From assembly GCA_031835245.2 (NCBI GenBank), contig JAVKOQ020000005.1, positions 434,001 to 498,000 of the forward strand: a stretch of 64,000 nucleotides of DNA, in the 5' to 3' direction. A program made the translations under genes and the position numbers. A model generated the notes under the pieces. It was not told the DNA's origin. It did no database searches and worked only from the letters and a program-made list of their open reading frames with translations. The stretch is from Balamuthia mandrillaris (taxonomy: Eukaryota). Positions 1-12,598 of this stretch are shown piece by piece (the first letter of the stretch is position 1; every line of letters begins with the position of its first letter).

Positions 1-139
1 TCCGCCGCTCTTCTCCTTCTCTTGCACACGCACACTCGCTCGCTTCTCTCCCTCCCCCCCCCCCCCGCTTTGTTTGCTTGTTTACTGTTTCCTCTCGCTC
101 TCCTCTCCTCTTGGACTCTTTCTGTCTTCCTCCCTCTCC

Positions 140-315
140 TTCCTTCTCCTCCTTCTCCTTCTCCTTCCTCCTTCTCCTTCTCCTTCTCCTTCTCCTCCTC
201 CTTCTCCTTCTCCTTCTCCTTCTCCTCTTCCTTCTCCTCTCCTTCTCCTTCTCCTTCTCCTTCTCCTTCTCCTTCTCCTTCTCCTTCTCCTTCTCCTTCT
301 CCTTCTCCTTCTCCT
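140..315 (+). repeat. (CTCCTT)n intronic polypyrimidine microsatellite
   Basis: Near-perfect tandem ctcctt hexamers visible in the sequence. Confidence 0.9.
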
Positions 316-360
316 CTCTAAACAAACAAAAACAAATAACCAAACGAACGAACAAAGCAG

Positions 361-536
361 AAGAGGAGAATGACGAAAACAACAACACCATCCAATGCAT
401 AAAGAGGACGTACCAGCCGAGCAAGTGCCGCCGAAGGAGGACCCACGGCTTCCTGGTCCGCATCCGTAGGCAAGGCGGTCGTAACCTCTTTGAACGCAGG
501 CTGACCAAAGGACGTAAACGGCTCTCCGTTGCATGA
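361..536 (+). CDS. MRPL34: Mitochondrial ribosomal protein bL34m, last exon (5' part lies before the window)
   Basis: After a CT-rich intron ending aacaaagcag at 360, reads ...[45 protein letters not shown], the L34 signature (KRTYQPS..RRRTHGF). Confidence 0.9.
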
Positions 537-1058
537 TGAAACCTACCAATCTTCCAACCATACCAACGAACATTCTTTTTGTTTTGGTTCCTTCTTGTTT
601 TGTTCTTCTCGCCACTCTTTTTTGTTCTTATCAGAGCAGAGAGAGCAGAGAGAGCAGAGAGAGCAGAGAGAGCAGAGAGAGAGAGAGAGCAGAGAGCAGA
701 GAGCAGAGAGAGAGGAGAGCAGAGAGCAGAGAGGGGAGAGGAGAGAGAAGAGAGGAGAGAGGAAGGAAAGTAGAGCACTTAGCGGTGGCCCCGTGGGAGT
801 CAGAGGGCGTTAGGCCACTCGAGTTGGAAGAGACTGAGCCACGCTCGCTTAGGCGTCTCGGAGAGAGAGAGAGAGAGAGAAGGAGTGAAGAGAGAGACAG
901 AGAGTGATCCAATTGCTTATTCGTTCAAGTGAACCCTCATGTTTACTTCAAAAGGTCAATATTTACCATGTCGACATTAAATTGACGTCATTAAGAACGG
1001 ATTCCATCCCAACAAAAAAAAAAAGAAAGAAAGCAGAGGAGAAAAAAAACGAAGAGCG

Positions 1059-4000
1059 ATGAGCTACCTGTTTTATCAGGAGACGGTGCCTCCAACCGGC
1101 GTGGAGCACTGTCTGGTCGCTCACTTCACCGGCGTGGACGACCTCAACCTGCTCGTTGCCAAGACTCACGTTCTCGAAGTCTATCGTTTGGTGCCTACTA
1201 CGTCCTCCTCAATCACCGAAGAAAACAGTCCGTCGAGTCCTTCGGAGAAAGGGGAAGAGAGCGAAGGCCATGTCCTAGAGTTGGTTGCCGCCTACCATTT
1301 GTTTGGCAACATCGAGTCTCTCGCCGCCGTTCGGTTCGCTCGCTCCAAGAAAGACGCTATTCTCGTCACCTTTCGAGATGCCAAAGTAAGTGTTCTTTCT
1401 GCTTCTCTCTTCTCTCTTCTCTCTTCTCTCTTCTCTCTTCTCTCTTCTCTCTTCTCTCTTCTCTCTTCTCTCTCTTCTCTCTTCTCTCTCTTCTCTCTTC
1501 TCTCTCTTCTCTGCTTCTCTCTCTTCTCTGCTTCTCTGCTTCTCTGCTTCTCTCTCTTCTCTCTTCTCTCTTCTCTTCTCTTCTTGAATAACACATTTAC
1601 AAACAAACAAAAAAAAAAGATCTCAGTGGTAGAGTTTGCGAGTGCGGAACAGGACTTGCGTGTGGTGTCGCTTCACAGTTACGAACGAAACCGAATCAAG
1701 GTACCTTACTCTTCTTAGCGTTCATTCTTATGCTTCTTGCTGTTGTTCTTCTTGTTCGTGTTCTTGTTCTCCTCCTTTTTCTTCTTCTTCTTCTACATAT
1801 TCTTGTTCTTCTTTTTCTTCTTCTTCTTCTTCTTCTGCTTCTTCTTCTGCTTCTTCTTCTTCTTCTTCTTCTTCTTGTTCTTCTTCTTCTTCTTCTTCTT
1901 CTTCTTCTTCTTCTTCTTCTTCTTCATGATTCTACCTTCTTTCTTTTGCTTACTCATTCGTATCTGCCGTTTCTCTCTTTATTTCGTTCTTTATCTTCAT
2001 GTGACATTCACTTCGTTCATAGGAGGGACATGAGCAATGTGAGTATCCACCACAAGCACTTGTAGACACGCAGCAACGGTGTGCCGTAATGTTGGCCTAC
2101 AGCCGCAAGCTGGTCGTCCTTCCCTTTCGTTCGGCTACCTCTGATTTGTTGGAAGAGGAACTTGTTGAAGGGTAACGCCTTTGTTTCTTTCTTTGTTGTT
2201 ATGCATTTCTGTTGTTTCCTGTTCTGATCCATGGTTTGTTTTCACAGCGAAACAAATGCACCAGTGAGATCATCCATTGTTATTGATCCGTTGGACATGG
2301 GCGTTGGAAACATAAAGGACCTTGCTTTCTTGCATGGATATTACGAACCTACTCTCTTGGTCCTTCATGAACCCAATGAAACATGGATTGGGTATTTACT
2401 TCTTTCACTCCATCTTTCTTCGTTTCTATATTAATTCTTTCTTCTTTCTTTTCTCATGGCCAAAAAAACAACAGGCGATATGCATTAGCTCGCAACACAT
2501 GCATCGTGAGTGCCGTCTCTCTCAACCTCTCACAACAGTCTCATCCAAGGATTTGGAGTGTGGAACATCTGCCTCACGATTGCTATAAGCTGGTGAGCGT
2601 GCCAGAAGCAGTGGGTGGCGGCGCTTTAGTATTCTCCACAAACGTACTCTATTACTTCAACCAGAGCATGAGATATGGTGTCGCTTTGAATAGTTATGCC
2701 ACTGCTTCTACTGTTGATGAAGCAGAGGGAGCAGCTGATCTTCCTTTCCCTTTGAGTACTCTCTCCCTCTCCCTCTCCTTTATCATTTGTTGTGTGTTTT
2801 GTTGTTTTTTTGAATCTTCATTCTCTTTCTTCCTCTCTTCCTGCCCTTACTTTTATTATTTGCAAAATAGCCCAAAGTAAAATAACATTAACCCTCGACG
2901 CGGTTCATAATGCTTGGATCACCCCCAAACAATTGCTTGTCTCTTTGAAAGATGGAGGATTGTACGTATTCTCTCAATCTCTCTCTCTTTCCCTCTGCTA
3001 CTTCTCTCCATCTCTTTTGCACGATGACTGAGCTATATCTTTTTATTTTTTCAATTTGTCAGATATATATTTCATATGTTGACGGATGGTCGCTCTGTTC
3101 AAAGTATCGAAATAACCAAAGCGGGCTCTAGCGTTCTTACTTCTTGTGTAATCTCTCCCCCTCCTCTCTTCCTCTCTCTCTCTCTCTCTCTCTCGCCTCT
3201 CTTCTCTTGCAGAAAGAATGGAAGAAACAACACTGCTATTTACAGCTCTATTTGCTGTCCAACTAAGACTTTCTCTCATTCTCTCTCAACAGATGTGTAC
3301 AATGGAATTATCGAATGATAACAACAAAGAAAAAGAACAAGAGCAAGAACCTAAACGGTTCCTCTTTTTAGGTTCTCGTCTTGGGGACTCCTTGTTGATA
3401 CGTTATACAGAACAACAGCAACAACCACAAAGTGAACAGCAACAATCAAACACTTCTACATCCATATCTTCGTCCTCGTCTCAACCAACAAATGACTCTG
3501 ATATGACAGAGGAAGACAGAGCGCTTTACTTTGGTACAGTTTCTGCGTCTTCGCCTTCATCGTCCTCTTCCTCCAAAAACAAACGCAACGACAACAATAG
3601 TGATGATTACTATGACGACGAGATATACAATCAGTTCAACCGCCAAAGACGATATGAGGGAATAGCAGCAGAAGGAGAGGTTATAGCTTCCATACAAGAG
3701 GAAGGAGAGGAAGCCGAAGCAAACAATAACGAAGCAGAAAGAAGCGGTGTCAATCAATCGTTTGTGGAGGAAATGGACCCTTGGGCTATCTTTGGAGGCA
3801 AAGAGAGCATCAACAAGGAGCAAGCCACAAAGTTGACGACGTATCGCTTTCGGGTGTGTGACAGTTTGGTGAATATAGGACCCATCGCTGATTTTAGCGT
3901 TGGCGAGTCCTTTGACCCTGCTTCTATTTCTATAACGGTATTTTTTGTCACCCTTCTTTCATATTATCTTGCTGTTGCATTTGTCATTTTTTTTTTCCAT

Positions 4001-4545
4001 CTTCTTCCTTGTCGTTCATTATTTTCTCTTGCCCACACTCTAATTTTCTTATTCAATAAACAGGATTACGAACAACAAACGAAACAGGAGATCGAGTTCG
4101 TGACGTGCTCAGGACATGGCCGCAACGGCGCTCTCTCCATCCTTCAATACGGCATTCGACCAGAACTTATTCATGCCTCCTCCGAGCTTCCCAGTTGCCA
4201 AGCCATGTGGACTCTAAGTTGCCTTTCTTCTCCTTCAAATGATGATGTAGATGAGGGTAGAGCGGAAGAACTTTTGATGGAAGCATATCACTCTTATCTC
4301 GTTTTATCAAGAGAAGACAAGACCATTGTTTTGGCAAGTGGAGAGCAGTTGGATGAGATCTCGAACAGAGTCGATGTGAACGTGGGAGGACCAACTTTGG
4401 CGGTTGGCAATTTGTTTGCTGGCACCACCATCGCTCAGGTTCATCCCAACGGCGTCATCCTGTTGAATGCAGGTATGTTTCCCTTTCTTGTCTCTTTGAT
4501 TTTTTGCTTTTGCTTCTTCTCTCTCATCACACGCTTCTTTCCTGT

Positions 4546-4576
<31 letters not shown>

Positions 4577-7500
4577 CTATCTCTCCCTGTTCAAATCATT
4601 GGACTTTTCCACCTAACTACTGAAAATGAAATAATAGAACTTCAAGCAATGCAACGAATATCGCTCAGAGAAGACGTTTTGGATTGCAGCATTTTGGATC
4701 CATGGGTCCTATTGGTGATGGCCGATCATTCGTTGCGGCTTTATGGTGCCCAAAACGTCAAAAGTGGAAGTAACACTAGTAATCTCATCATGCGAAAGAT
4801 GTTGGTGCAAGCACCCAACCCGGTTCCAATTCTTGCTGGTGAGAAGACTACTGATACGGTATTCTTTTTGTCTATTCATATTCTTTATTCTTAACTTGCT
4901 TTTCTCGCTCTCGCCTCTCTCTCTCTCTCTCTCTACTTTTTTCTGATATATTTGAAAATACATAAAACCAGATAAGAGCTCCTCCACCTAAATTGCCACA
5001 AATCACATCGGTGCATCTATTCAAAGGCAATTTCAACGGCTCAGTTGGTCGTCATCGTCAACCGAAAGAGATTTACTGCGCTCTTTCTTTGGACAATGGC
5101 TATCTCCAAATCTACTCCATTCCTGAGTTCAAGTTGGTGTTTGAGTGTCCCGGTTTAGATAATGGCGATGCGCTTTTGAGGAACCATCTCCTTCCTTCTT
5201 ATCCTCCTCCTTCTTCTTTTGCATCCTCTTCATCTTCCTCGCCTACTTCTGCTTCTTTAACCCGACAAAAAAGTGGTAAAAAGAAGGATGAAGAGACAAA
5301 GACCACAACATCAACCGCAACAACGACAATACATTTACCAACAGCTCATGTTCCACGTATCGTGGAGATTGCGGTTGTCTCTGGCCAAAAGCCTTTTCCT
5401 TCTTCTCCCTTTTTGCTGGTACTCTTTCTCCACTATATTTTTTTCTGTTCCTTTTCTTCTTTCTTCCTAAACTCGCTTTTTGTGTCTTCCCTCTGTCAAG
5501 GTTTTGTTGGAAAGCGAAGAACTGTTTGTCTATCGCAGCTTCACAGCACCTGTTGACTGTAATCACCCTCTCGCCTCCGACTTTTTGCCGGTTCGATGGA
5601 AGCGAGTTCCGCACGATTTACCTCCACAACCTCCACTTTCTTCGTCTACCACTTCAAGCTTACTTTCTTCTTTCAGTTCTTTGGATAAAGGCAAACAAAA
5701 AGAAGGAAAAGGAGAAGGAGAAGAAGAAAAGAATGAAGAAAGAGAATATGGAGGTGTTCTTGATGATGAAGAACACCAACAAGAACAACAGAAGCAAGAA
5801 GAACGAGGACAGAAAAAAAGTAAGGCTAAAAGAAAAAGAGAAGCGGAAGAGGAAGAACTAGATGAAGAACATGACAAAACTAACAAAATAGAAGACAAAG
5901 AAGAGCAAGAAGAAACCAAAAAAGATACGAAACGACTGAAACGAACAGAGTCATCAGAGTCTTCGATTGACGATAACAACAACCGACCCATTCGGCACCC
6001 TCATCGAAGATTGTTGCCATTTAGCAATATTGGGGGCAAAGAAGGAGTGTTTGTGGCTGGAAAGATATCCGGATGGGCCCTATGGCACAGAGGCTACCTT
6101 CGGTTCTTCCCCATGAAGTTGGATCCGGTGGTACTCTGCTTCACCGAGTTTCATAACGCTTATTGTCCTCATGGCTTTATGTATATCAATGATACGGTTC
6201 GTTTTTTTTTTTTTTTTTCGTTCTCGCTCCTTGTTGTTTCTTTACCTTCGCCGCTTTCCTTCTTCCTCTGTTTTGAATTTCGTCATCCCTTTCTTGTTCT
6301 TCTTCTTACATAAACCAAACAAAAATCATGTAAACGACAAAAACAAAACAGGAAACCCTTAAAATTTGTCAACTCTCATCAAACGTCCAACTGGACACAA
6401 CGTGGCCACTTCGCAAAGTGCCTCTGCGTTGCACTCCTCATCACATCGCTTACCACAGTCAATCCAGAACTTATGCGATCAGCGTTTCCAACAGCATCAA
6501 AAAGGCGTTACCAAAGCGGCGGCGGCGACAGAACGATGGCAATGACGAAGAAGAGGAGCAAGAGGAAGTGGAGGAAGTGGAGGAAGATCCTCGTGCGGTA
6601 CCGTTTTCGGAAGATAGATATGAAGTTCGACTAGTTTCACCTACAAACTGGAAAATTCTTGATAGGTTCCTTTTCTCTCTTTCCACCTTCTTCTATTCTC
6701 TTGTCTCTTTTCCAGTTATTGACAAAAAACTACACGCGAATAGATATGTATTGGATGAACACGAACAACTGCTCACGTTAAAGGTGTTGAAGTTGGTTGA
6801 TAACCTCAGCCCCACCAAAAAACAACCGCGTCTCTACGTTGTCGTTGGCACAGCGACAGTTCTAGGAGAGGACACCAGCTGCAAAGGAAGAATATCCTTT
6901 TCTCTTCTTTCTTCTTTCGTCTTTCTTCTTTCTTTCTTCTTTCTTCTCTTCATTCCCTCCTTAACCTAATTTTTTCTACGTCATCATATTTGATGTGGAG
7001 CAATCTGGAGATGAAGAGAACCGAGACTACAAGTTTAGGCATCTTTACTCCACCGCAATGAAGGTTCCTCTTTGTTCCTTCTTCCTTCTAACTTCCTCCT
7101 CTTCGTTGCTTCTTTTCTTCTGCTTCTCCGCATCATATTTAACAACACAAACGCAGGGTCCAGTATCAGCGGCGGCAGCATTACAAGGATATTTGGCATT
7201 GGGCATCGGCCCAAAGATCATCGTCTTCAACTTTGATGGCAGTATTCTGGAAGGCACTTCCTTCTACGACGCCCAGCATTTGTTGGTCAATCTCTGCACC
7301 ATCAAGAACTACATGCTCTGCGGCGATATTTATAAAAGTGTTTTCTTCCTTCGTTGGCGGGTTTGTTTTCACCAGCTCTTGCCGTCCTTCTTCTCCTTTT
7401 TTCTCCTTTTTGTTCTTCTTCCTTCTTCCTTCTTCTTCTTCTTCATCTTCTTCTTCTTCTTGTTCTTCTTCTTCTTCTTCTTCTTCTTCTTCTTCTTCTT

Positions 7501-8485
7501 CGCCTTTGTCCTCTTCTTTCTGCTCTTCTTTCTTATTCTTCTTCTTCTTCTACTTCTTCTTTTTCTTTGTTTTCTTCTTCGTCTTTGTCTTCTTCTTTTT
7601 CATTCTTTTTCTTCTTTGTACTTCTTTTTGTTGTTTTTCCTTGCTATTTCATTCTTCTTCCTGCTCTTACTTTACCAACTTTTGTCAACAAAACAGGAAA
7701 CAGGACATGTATTGAGCCTATTAGCAAAGGATCCAGGTTACTTGAGCGTGTTCGCCACCGAATTTGTTGTTGACAAGAATCAACTCAGTATTTTGGTGGC
7801 GGATGAGAAGAAGAATGTTCAAGCATTGATGTACGCCCCACAGAGCGTGGAGAGTCGCGGAGGAGATCGGCTGGTGCCCAGAGGAGACTTTCATGTTGGA
7901 GCGCACATAAACAAATTCCTTCGCGTCAACATGCAACTGCATGGTGGTGCGCTCCGCCAACAGGCAGTTTGGTTTGGTACGTTTCTACTTTCTCGTTCTC
8001 TTCTCTTCTCTTCTCTTCATCGTTCTCTTCGTTGCTCTCTTCTCTTCGTCGTTCTCTTCCATCTTTGTTCTATATCGAAATGTTCTTTGCATTCTCTTTT
8101 TGCGTTCCCTTTGCTCTCCTCTGCTCTCCTCTCCTCTCCTCTCACCAAAGCAACACATAACACAAAAGGCACACTGGACGGCGGCAAAGGCTACTTTGCT
8201 CCCATCGACGAACTTGTATTCCGCCGTCTCGCAATGCTCCAAACAAGACTAACCACAGGGATGCCTCACACCTGCGGCCTCAACCCAAAGAGCTTCCGGC
8301 TGCTTCGCAAAGAGACGCTTTTGCACAACCAAAAGCACACCATCCTGGACGGCACGCTGCTGGCACGGTACTTGCACTTACCCGGCAGCCAGCAGAGCCT
8401 GTTGGCCAAGCAAGTAGGCACCACCAGGGAGAAAGTGCTCAACGACATGCTCTCCATCCATCGCTCCGCCACCCACCACTTTTAG
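1059..8485 (+). CDS. CPSF1: Cleavage and polyadenylation specificity factor subunit 1 (CPSF160), multi-exon
   Basis: N-terminus [68 protein letters not shown]-terminal GLNPKSFR...ILDGTLL. The exons join in frame through GT-AG introns plus one AT-AC intron. Confidence 0.95.
6892..6979 (+). other. U12-type AT-AC intron in CPSF1
   Basis: 5' ATATCCTTT, branch point TCCTTAAC at 6958-6965, 3' end ...TCTAC. Removal gives in-frame [12 protein letters not shown]. Confidence 0.92.
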
Positions 8486-8710
8486 TCTTTTGAACAGGTT
8501 CATTGCTAAAAGGGGGAAGTTTTACTCACGTTTAGTGCACTTTCAACAAAGATCATCTTTGGAGAAACAACAGCTTCGCAACAGCATCACTTCAAAATTG
8601 TTGCGTTTTCAAACTTAATTTTTCTTCAAACCAAAAAAAACACTAATAACAAAAAACAGCAAAGAGAAAGAAGAGGTCAGAAAGGGGAAAAGCAAAGGAG
8701 CAAAGTCTCT

Positions 8711-9576
8711 TTATTCCTTGGCCTCCTCTCCCTCCTTCTTCTCCTCCTCAGCGTCATCTCCGTCGTCGTCACCGTCGCCCTCTCCCTGCATGTCCGCAGT
8801 CCACAGCGTAAGGTTGTCTCTGAGGAGCTGCATGATGAGGGTGCTGTCCTTGTAAGAGTCCTCGGATAGTGTGTCAAGCTCAGCAATGGCCTCGTCAAAG
8901 GCTTGCTTGGCAAGCTGGCAGGCCTTGTCGGGGGCGTTCAAGATTTCATAGTTAAATACAGAGAAGTTGAGGGCCAGACCGAGACGGATGGGGTGAGTAG
9001 GGGGCAACTCCGTAGCGGCAATGTCAGTGGCGGACTTGTAGGCACCAAGAGAGTGCTCAGCGGCTTCTTTGCGGCCGTCTCCGGTGGCGAACTCAGCCAA
9101 ATAGCGGTGGTAGTCGCCCTTCCTAAAATTATTTTTAGGTTTGTATTAGTGATGGTCTTTTTTTGGAGTGGGGGGAAGCAGGGGGAAGCAGTAAGAAATA
9201 CGAACATTTTGTAGTAGAACACCTTAGACTCGCCGTTGGTGGCGGAGGGGATGAGGTGGTTGGACAAGAGGCCCAAAATGTCGCCGCAAATGTCGGAAAG
9301 CTCCTTCTCGACCTTGTTGCGGTACTCCTTGATGCGCTTCACGTGAGCCTCGTTGCCCTTGTTCTCCTCCTTCTGCTCGATGGAAGAGATGATTCTCCAG
9401 GAGGCACGGCGGGCACCAATGACGTTCTTGTAGGCGACGGAAAGAAGGTTCCTCTCCTCCACGGTCAGCTCGACGTTCTGCTTGGCGACCTTCTTCATGG
9501 CCTCCACCATCTCGTCGTAGCGCTCAGCCTGCTCGCTGAGCTTGGCCATGTAAACATTCTCCTCGCGGTCTCCCAT
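8711..9576 (-). CDS. 14-3-3 protein, 2 exons (intron 9123-9205)
   Basis: [65 protein letters not shown]. Confidence 0.98.
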
Positions 9577-10053
9577 TGTGTGTTATTTGTGTGTAGTGTT
9601 TCTTTAAAGTAGCAAGGAGGAGCTGTGTGAGTAGCAGAAACCCTTTTTCTTTTCTTTTTGTGAAACAAAGAAAATAAAGACGCAACTGGCAAAAAAAAAA
9701 ATTAAAAAGTATGACAACCGAAACTGAACAACAAATAAAACAAAAAAAACTAAGAAACCTAAAAAAGACAAACCGGAGTTTGGGGGACCAGTCATGTGTC
9801 AACACGGTTGTTATGCGGAGTTGATAAATAAATCAACTCCGGTTATTGATTGGCTCCTCGTATTGATCTAGATGGATGACGTCAAAAAGATCATAGTCAG
9901 TTTCGCGAAGAGACGCGGAGGAGGAGGGAGCAACAGTTGTGGAGGAGGAGGAGTAACAAAGAGCATGCTCTCTCGTGTTGAAAGGTCATTAAACATCTTT
10001 TTTTTTTTAACGCAAGTACAATGTACAAAGACACAGCGAGCCAGAAGGGTTGG

Positions 10054-12121
10054 TCAGTCTGAATCGGAGTCGCTTGATGTCTCCTGCTGTGCTTCTTCGT
10101 CGCTGGAGGAGGTGCCGTTTGCCGAGGTTTCTTTCTCCTCTTCTATTCCTCTCTTTGTTCCTTCAACTTCTTGCTCCTCTTCTTCCTCGGACTCTTCTTC
10201 TTCGTCAGACTCGTCTTCCGACTTCTCTTGTTCTTGTTCTTCTTCTTCTTTTTCTTCTTCTTCTTCTTCTTCCTCTGACGACTCTTCCTTTTCTTGTTCC
10301 GTTACTCTTTCGCTTTCTTCTTTACCTACTTCTTGTTGTTCATCTTCCGACGACTCTGCTTCTGGTTCTTCTTTCTGTTGTGCTTCTTCCTCTCTATCTT
10401 CTTCTCTTTTCTCTTCATCTTTTTCTTCTTCCTCTTCCGAACTGCTGCTCACCTCTTCTTCCTCTTCCTCGTTTTCATTTCTCTTTTCCTCTTCTTCACT
10501 TTCGTCTTGTTGTTGTTCTCCCGCCTTTTCTTCCGCTTGTTCCTCTTCTTCTTCTTGTTCTTCTTCTTCTTCTTCTTCTTCTTCTTCTTCTTCTTCTTCT
10601 TCTTCTTCTTCTTCTTCTTCTTCTTCTGCTTCTTCTTCTTCCGAAGAACTAGATGACTCCACTTGAGTTGCTTTGCCTGCTTTTGACTCTCGAATGTCGT
10701 TCGGCACATCCACTTCTTCCACTATCTCCACCTCCTCATCATTTGCCAACATTTGGCGTGCCTCTATAGAACTCGCCGCCTCCACATATTCATACTCGTA
10801 AACCACTTCTTCCTCCTCCACTTCCTCTCCGTCCGACGAGTCTGTCACCCACTCATACTCTTCTCCTTCTCCTTCTCCATCCCCTTCTCCTTCTCCCTCT
10901 TTCTTCTCTTGTTGTTCTTCTTCTTCGCTTTCTTCACTCTCTGCTGCTTTCTCTTCTTTTTCTTTCTTTTCTTTTGTGTCCGATCCGCTTTCCTGTTCTG
11001 CTTTCTCTTTCTTCTTTTCGTTTTTCTCTTCGTCACTCTTTACATACTTTTGTTCCAAGACGGCGATCTCCTTGGCAGCCGCCGTGCCAACGCCTTTCAA
11101 CTTGACTTCTTCCTGCCAAAACGCTTTCTTCGTTGCCACCGCCGCCGTCTCGTTCGCTCCTTCCGTCGGTCTTTGCACTCTTCTCAACGTCAACTCTCCA
11201 AACGGATTTGTCTTCTTCTGCACCTTTGCTTCTTCGTTACCCTTCACCGGCTCCGCTTTTCTCAGCTTCAGCTCTCCAAACGGGTTTGTTTTCTTCTGCT
11301 CCTTCGCTTCTTCCTCTTCTTTCTGTTGTTGCACTTTACGCAGTTGAAGAGCTCCTTCCTGCCGTTTTTGCAGGAGCTCACCGGCGATGGCTTGTCCGCT
11401 GAGCGCTCCGGCGGGAACGTATCGCGGCCTAAGGTTGCTGCGTTGGTTGGTCTGCTCCTCGGGGATGGCCTCCATCACAAGTGGACGAGCCCTGGTGGAC
11501 CCTTCGGCTTCATCGTCATCGTTTGGTTCTTTGTCATCATCCTCTGGTTCTCGTTTTTTGTTGGCTTCAACTTTTGAGAAGAGAGAAAGGGAGAGAAGCG
11601 AGAGAAGAGAGAAGAGAGAAGAGAGAAGAGAGAAGAGAGAAGAGAGAAGAGAGAAGAGAGAAGAGAGAAGAGAGAAACAATGTTAGCACAGAAAAGAATT
11701 GACAGAACAGGAAAAGACAAAAGAGAGCAGCACGATTCACAAAAGTTGCAAGTGAAAAAAAAAGAGAAAAAGAAACGAAGAACCAAGGTTTTTAAAACAA
11801 GAACTAAGAAGAAGAAAAAGATTCGAAAAAAAAACCTTTTGTTGGTTCTGCCGCTTTTTTCTTTGTCGGTTGCTCTTTTTTGGTTTGCGCCTCCTCTGCC
11901 TTCTTGTCCCCTTTCTTGACCGCCTTCTTCACTTTCTTCTTCTTGGTGACCCTCTTCTTCCGCCTCCAAAAGCCAAAGAGCTTCTTCTCCTTGACCTCCA
12001 CCCCCTCGACCTCTTCTTCCGCCTTCTTCTTTTCGGTTTTGGCGTTCTTGTTGTTCTTCCCTTTGCTGTCGTTCTCGGCCTCCGAGCCCGAGGAGGAAGA
12101 GGATGTATTAGGTTTAGGCAT
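10054..12121 (-). CDS. Lys-rich N-terminal, Glu-rich C-terminal low-complexity protein with NPFGEL(K/T)LR repeats; 2 exons
   Basis: ATG 12121 (MPKPNT...), exon ending AAEPTK|gt, CT-rich intron, then a long ORF continuing into the 474-aa frame 10054-11478. Confidence 0.65.
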
Positions 12122-12412
12122 TGCTTTCTTTATAGTAAATATTTTATTTATATTTTTCTGTTCGTGTTGGTGTGTGTTCAAACCGAAAAGGAGAAAGAAA
12201 AGAGAGAAAGAGCGATAAAGTTTTTAAAGAGCGGTGGTTGCGGGAAGAAAGAAACGACACCTTAAACTTTTTTTTTTCTGTGACTCTGTCGTTCTGTGTA
12301 ACGCACTTAATTTAACGAGTTTCAATAAAAAACGAACGTAAGCGACACGAGTCGAACCGACGTGTTGCTACCAAAAAGAATAAAATTTGGCGATGAAGCA
12401 AAAAAAAAGTTG

Positions 12413-12485
12413 TGAGGACGACGTGACTTGAACACGCAGCCTTTCGGTCTGGAGCCGAACGCTCTACCAATTGAGCTACGCCCCC
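12413..12485 (-). tRNA. trnW: tRNA-Trp (CCA)
   Basis: Reverse complement GGGGGCGTAGCTCAATTGGTAGAGCG-TTCGG-CTCCAGA-CCGAA-AGGCT-GCGTG-TTCAAGT-CACGT-CGTCCTCA forms a full cloverleaf, followed by a T-run Pol III terminator. Confidence 0.96.
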
Positions 12486-12598
12486 GCTTCGAGTTACGTT
12501 CTATTTAATTTTAACTCTATATGAAAAAGATCTTTGCAGTTTTTCATCTCTATTAACGTCGACATCCACAAACAAAAAAAGAAATCAAAAAGACAGCG

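Noticed and set aside
22..912. Many ORFs of poly-S/P/L/F/R/E here and throughout the window
   Set aside because: Translations of stop-free CT, TTC and GA microsatellites in introns and UTRs.
4859..4971. CPSF1 intron starting GTATTCTTT with an internal TTCTTAAC
   Set aside because: The donor mismatches the U12 consensus and the branch-like motif is about 75 nt from the AG. Treated as U2-type.
983..9884. TGACGTCA (CRE-like) at 983-990 and 9877-9884
   Set aside because: Plausible bZIP sites upstream of CPSF1 and 14-3-3, but two copies are too few to separate from chance.
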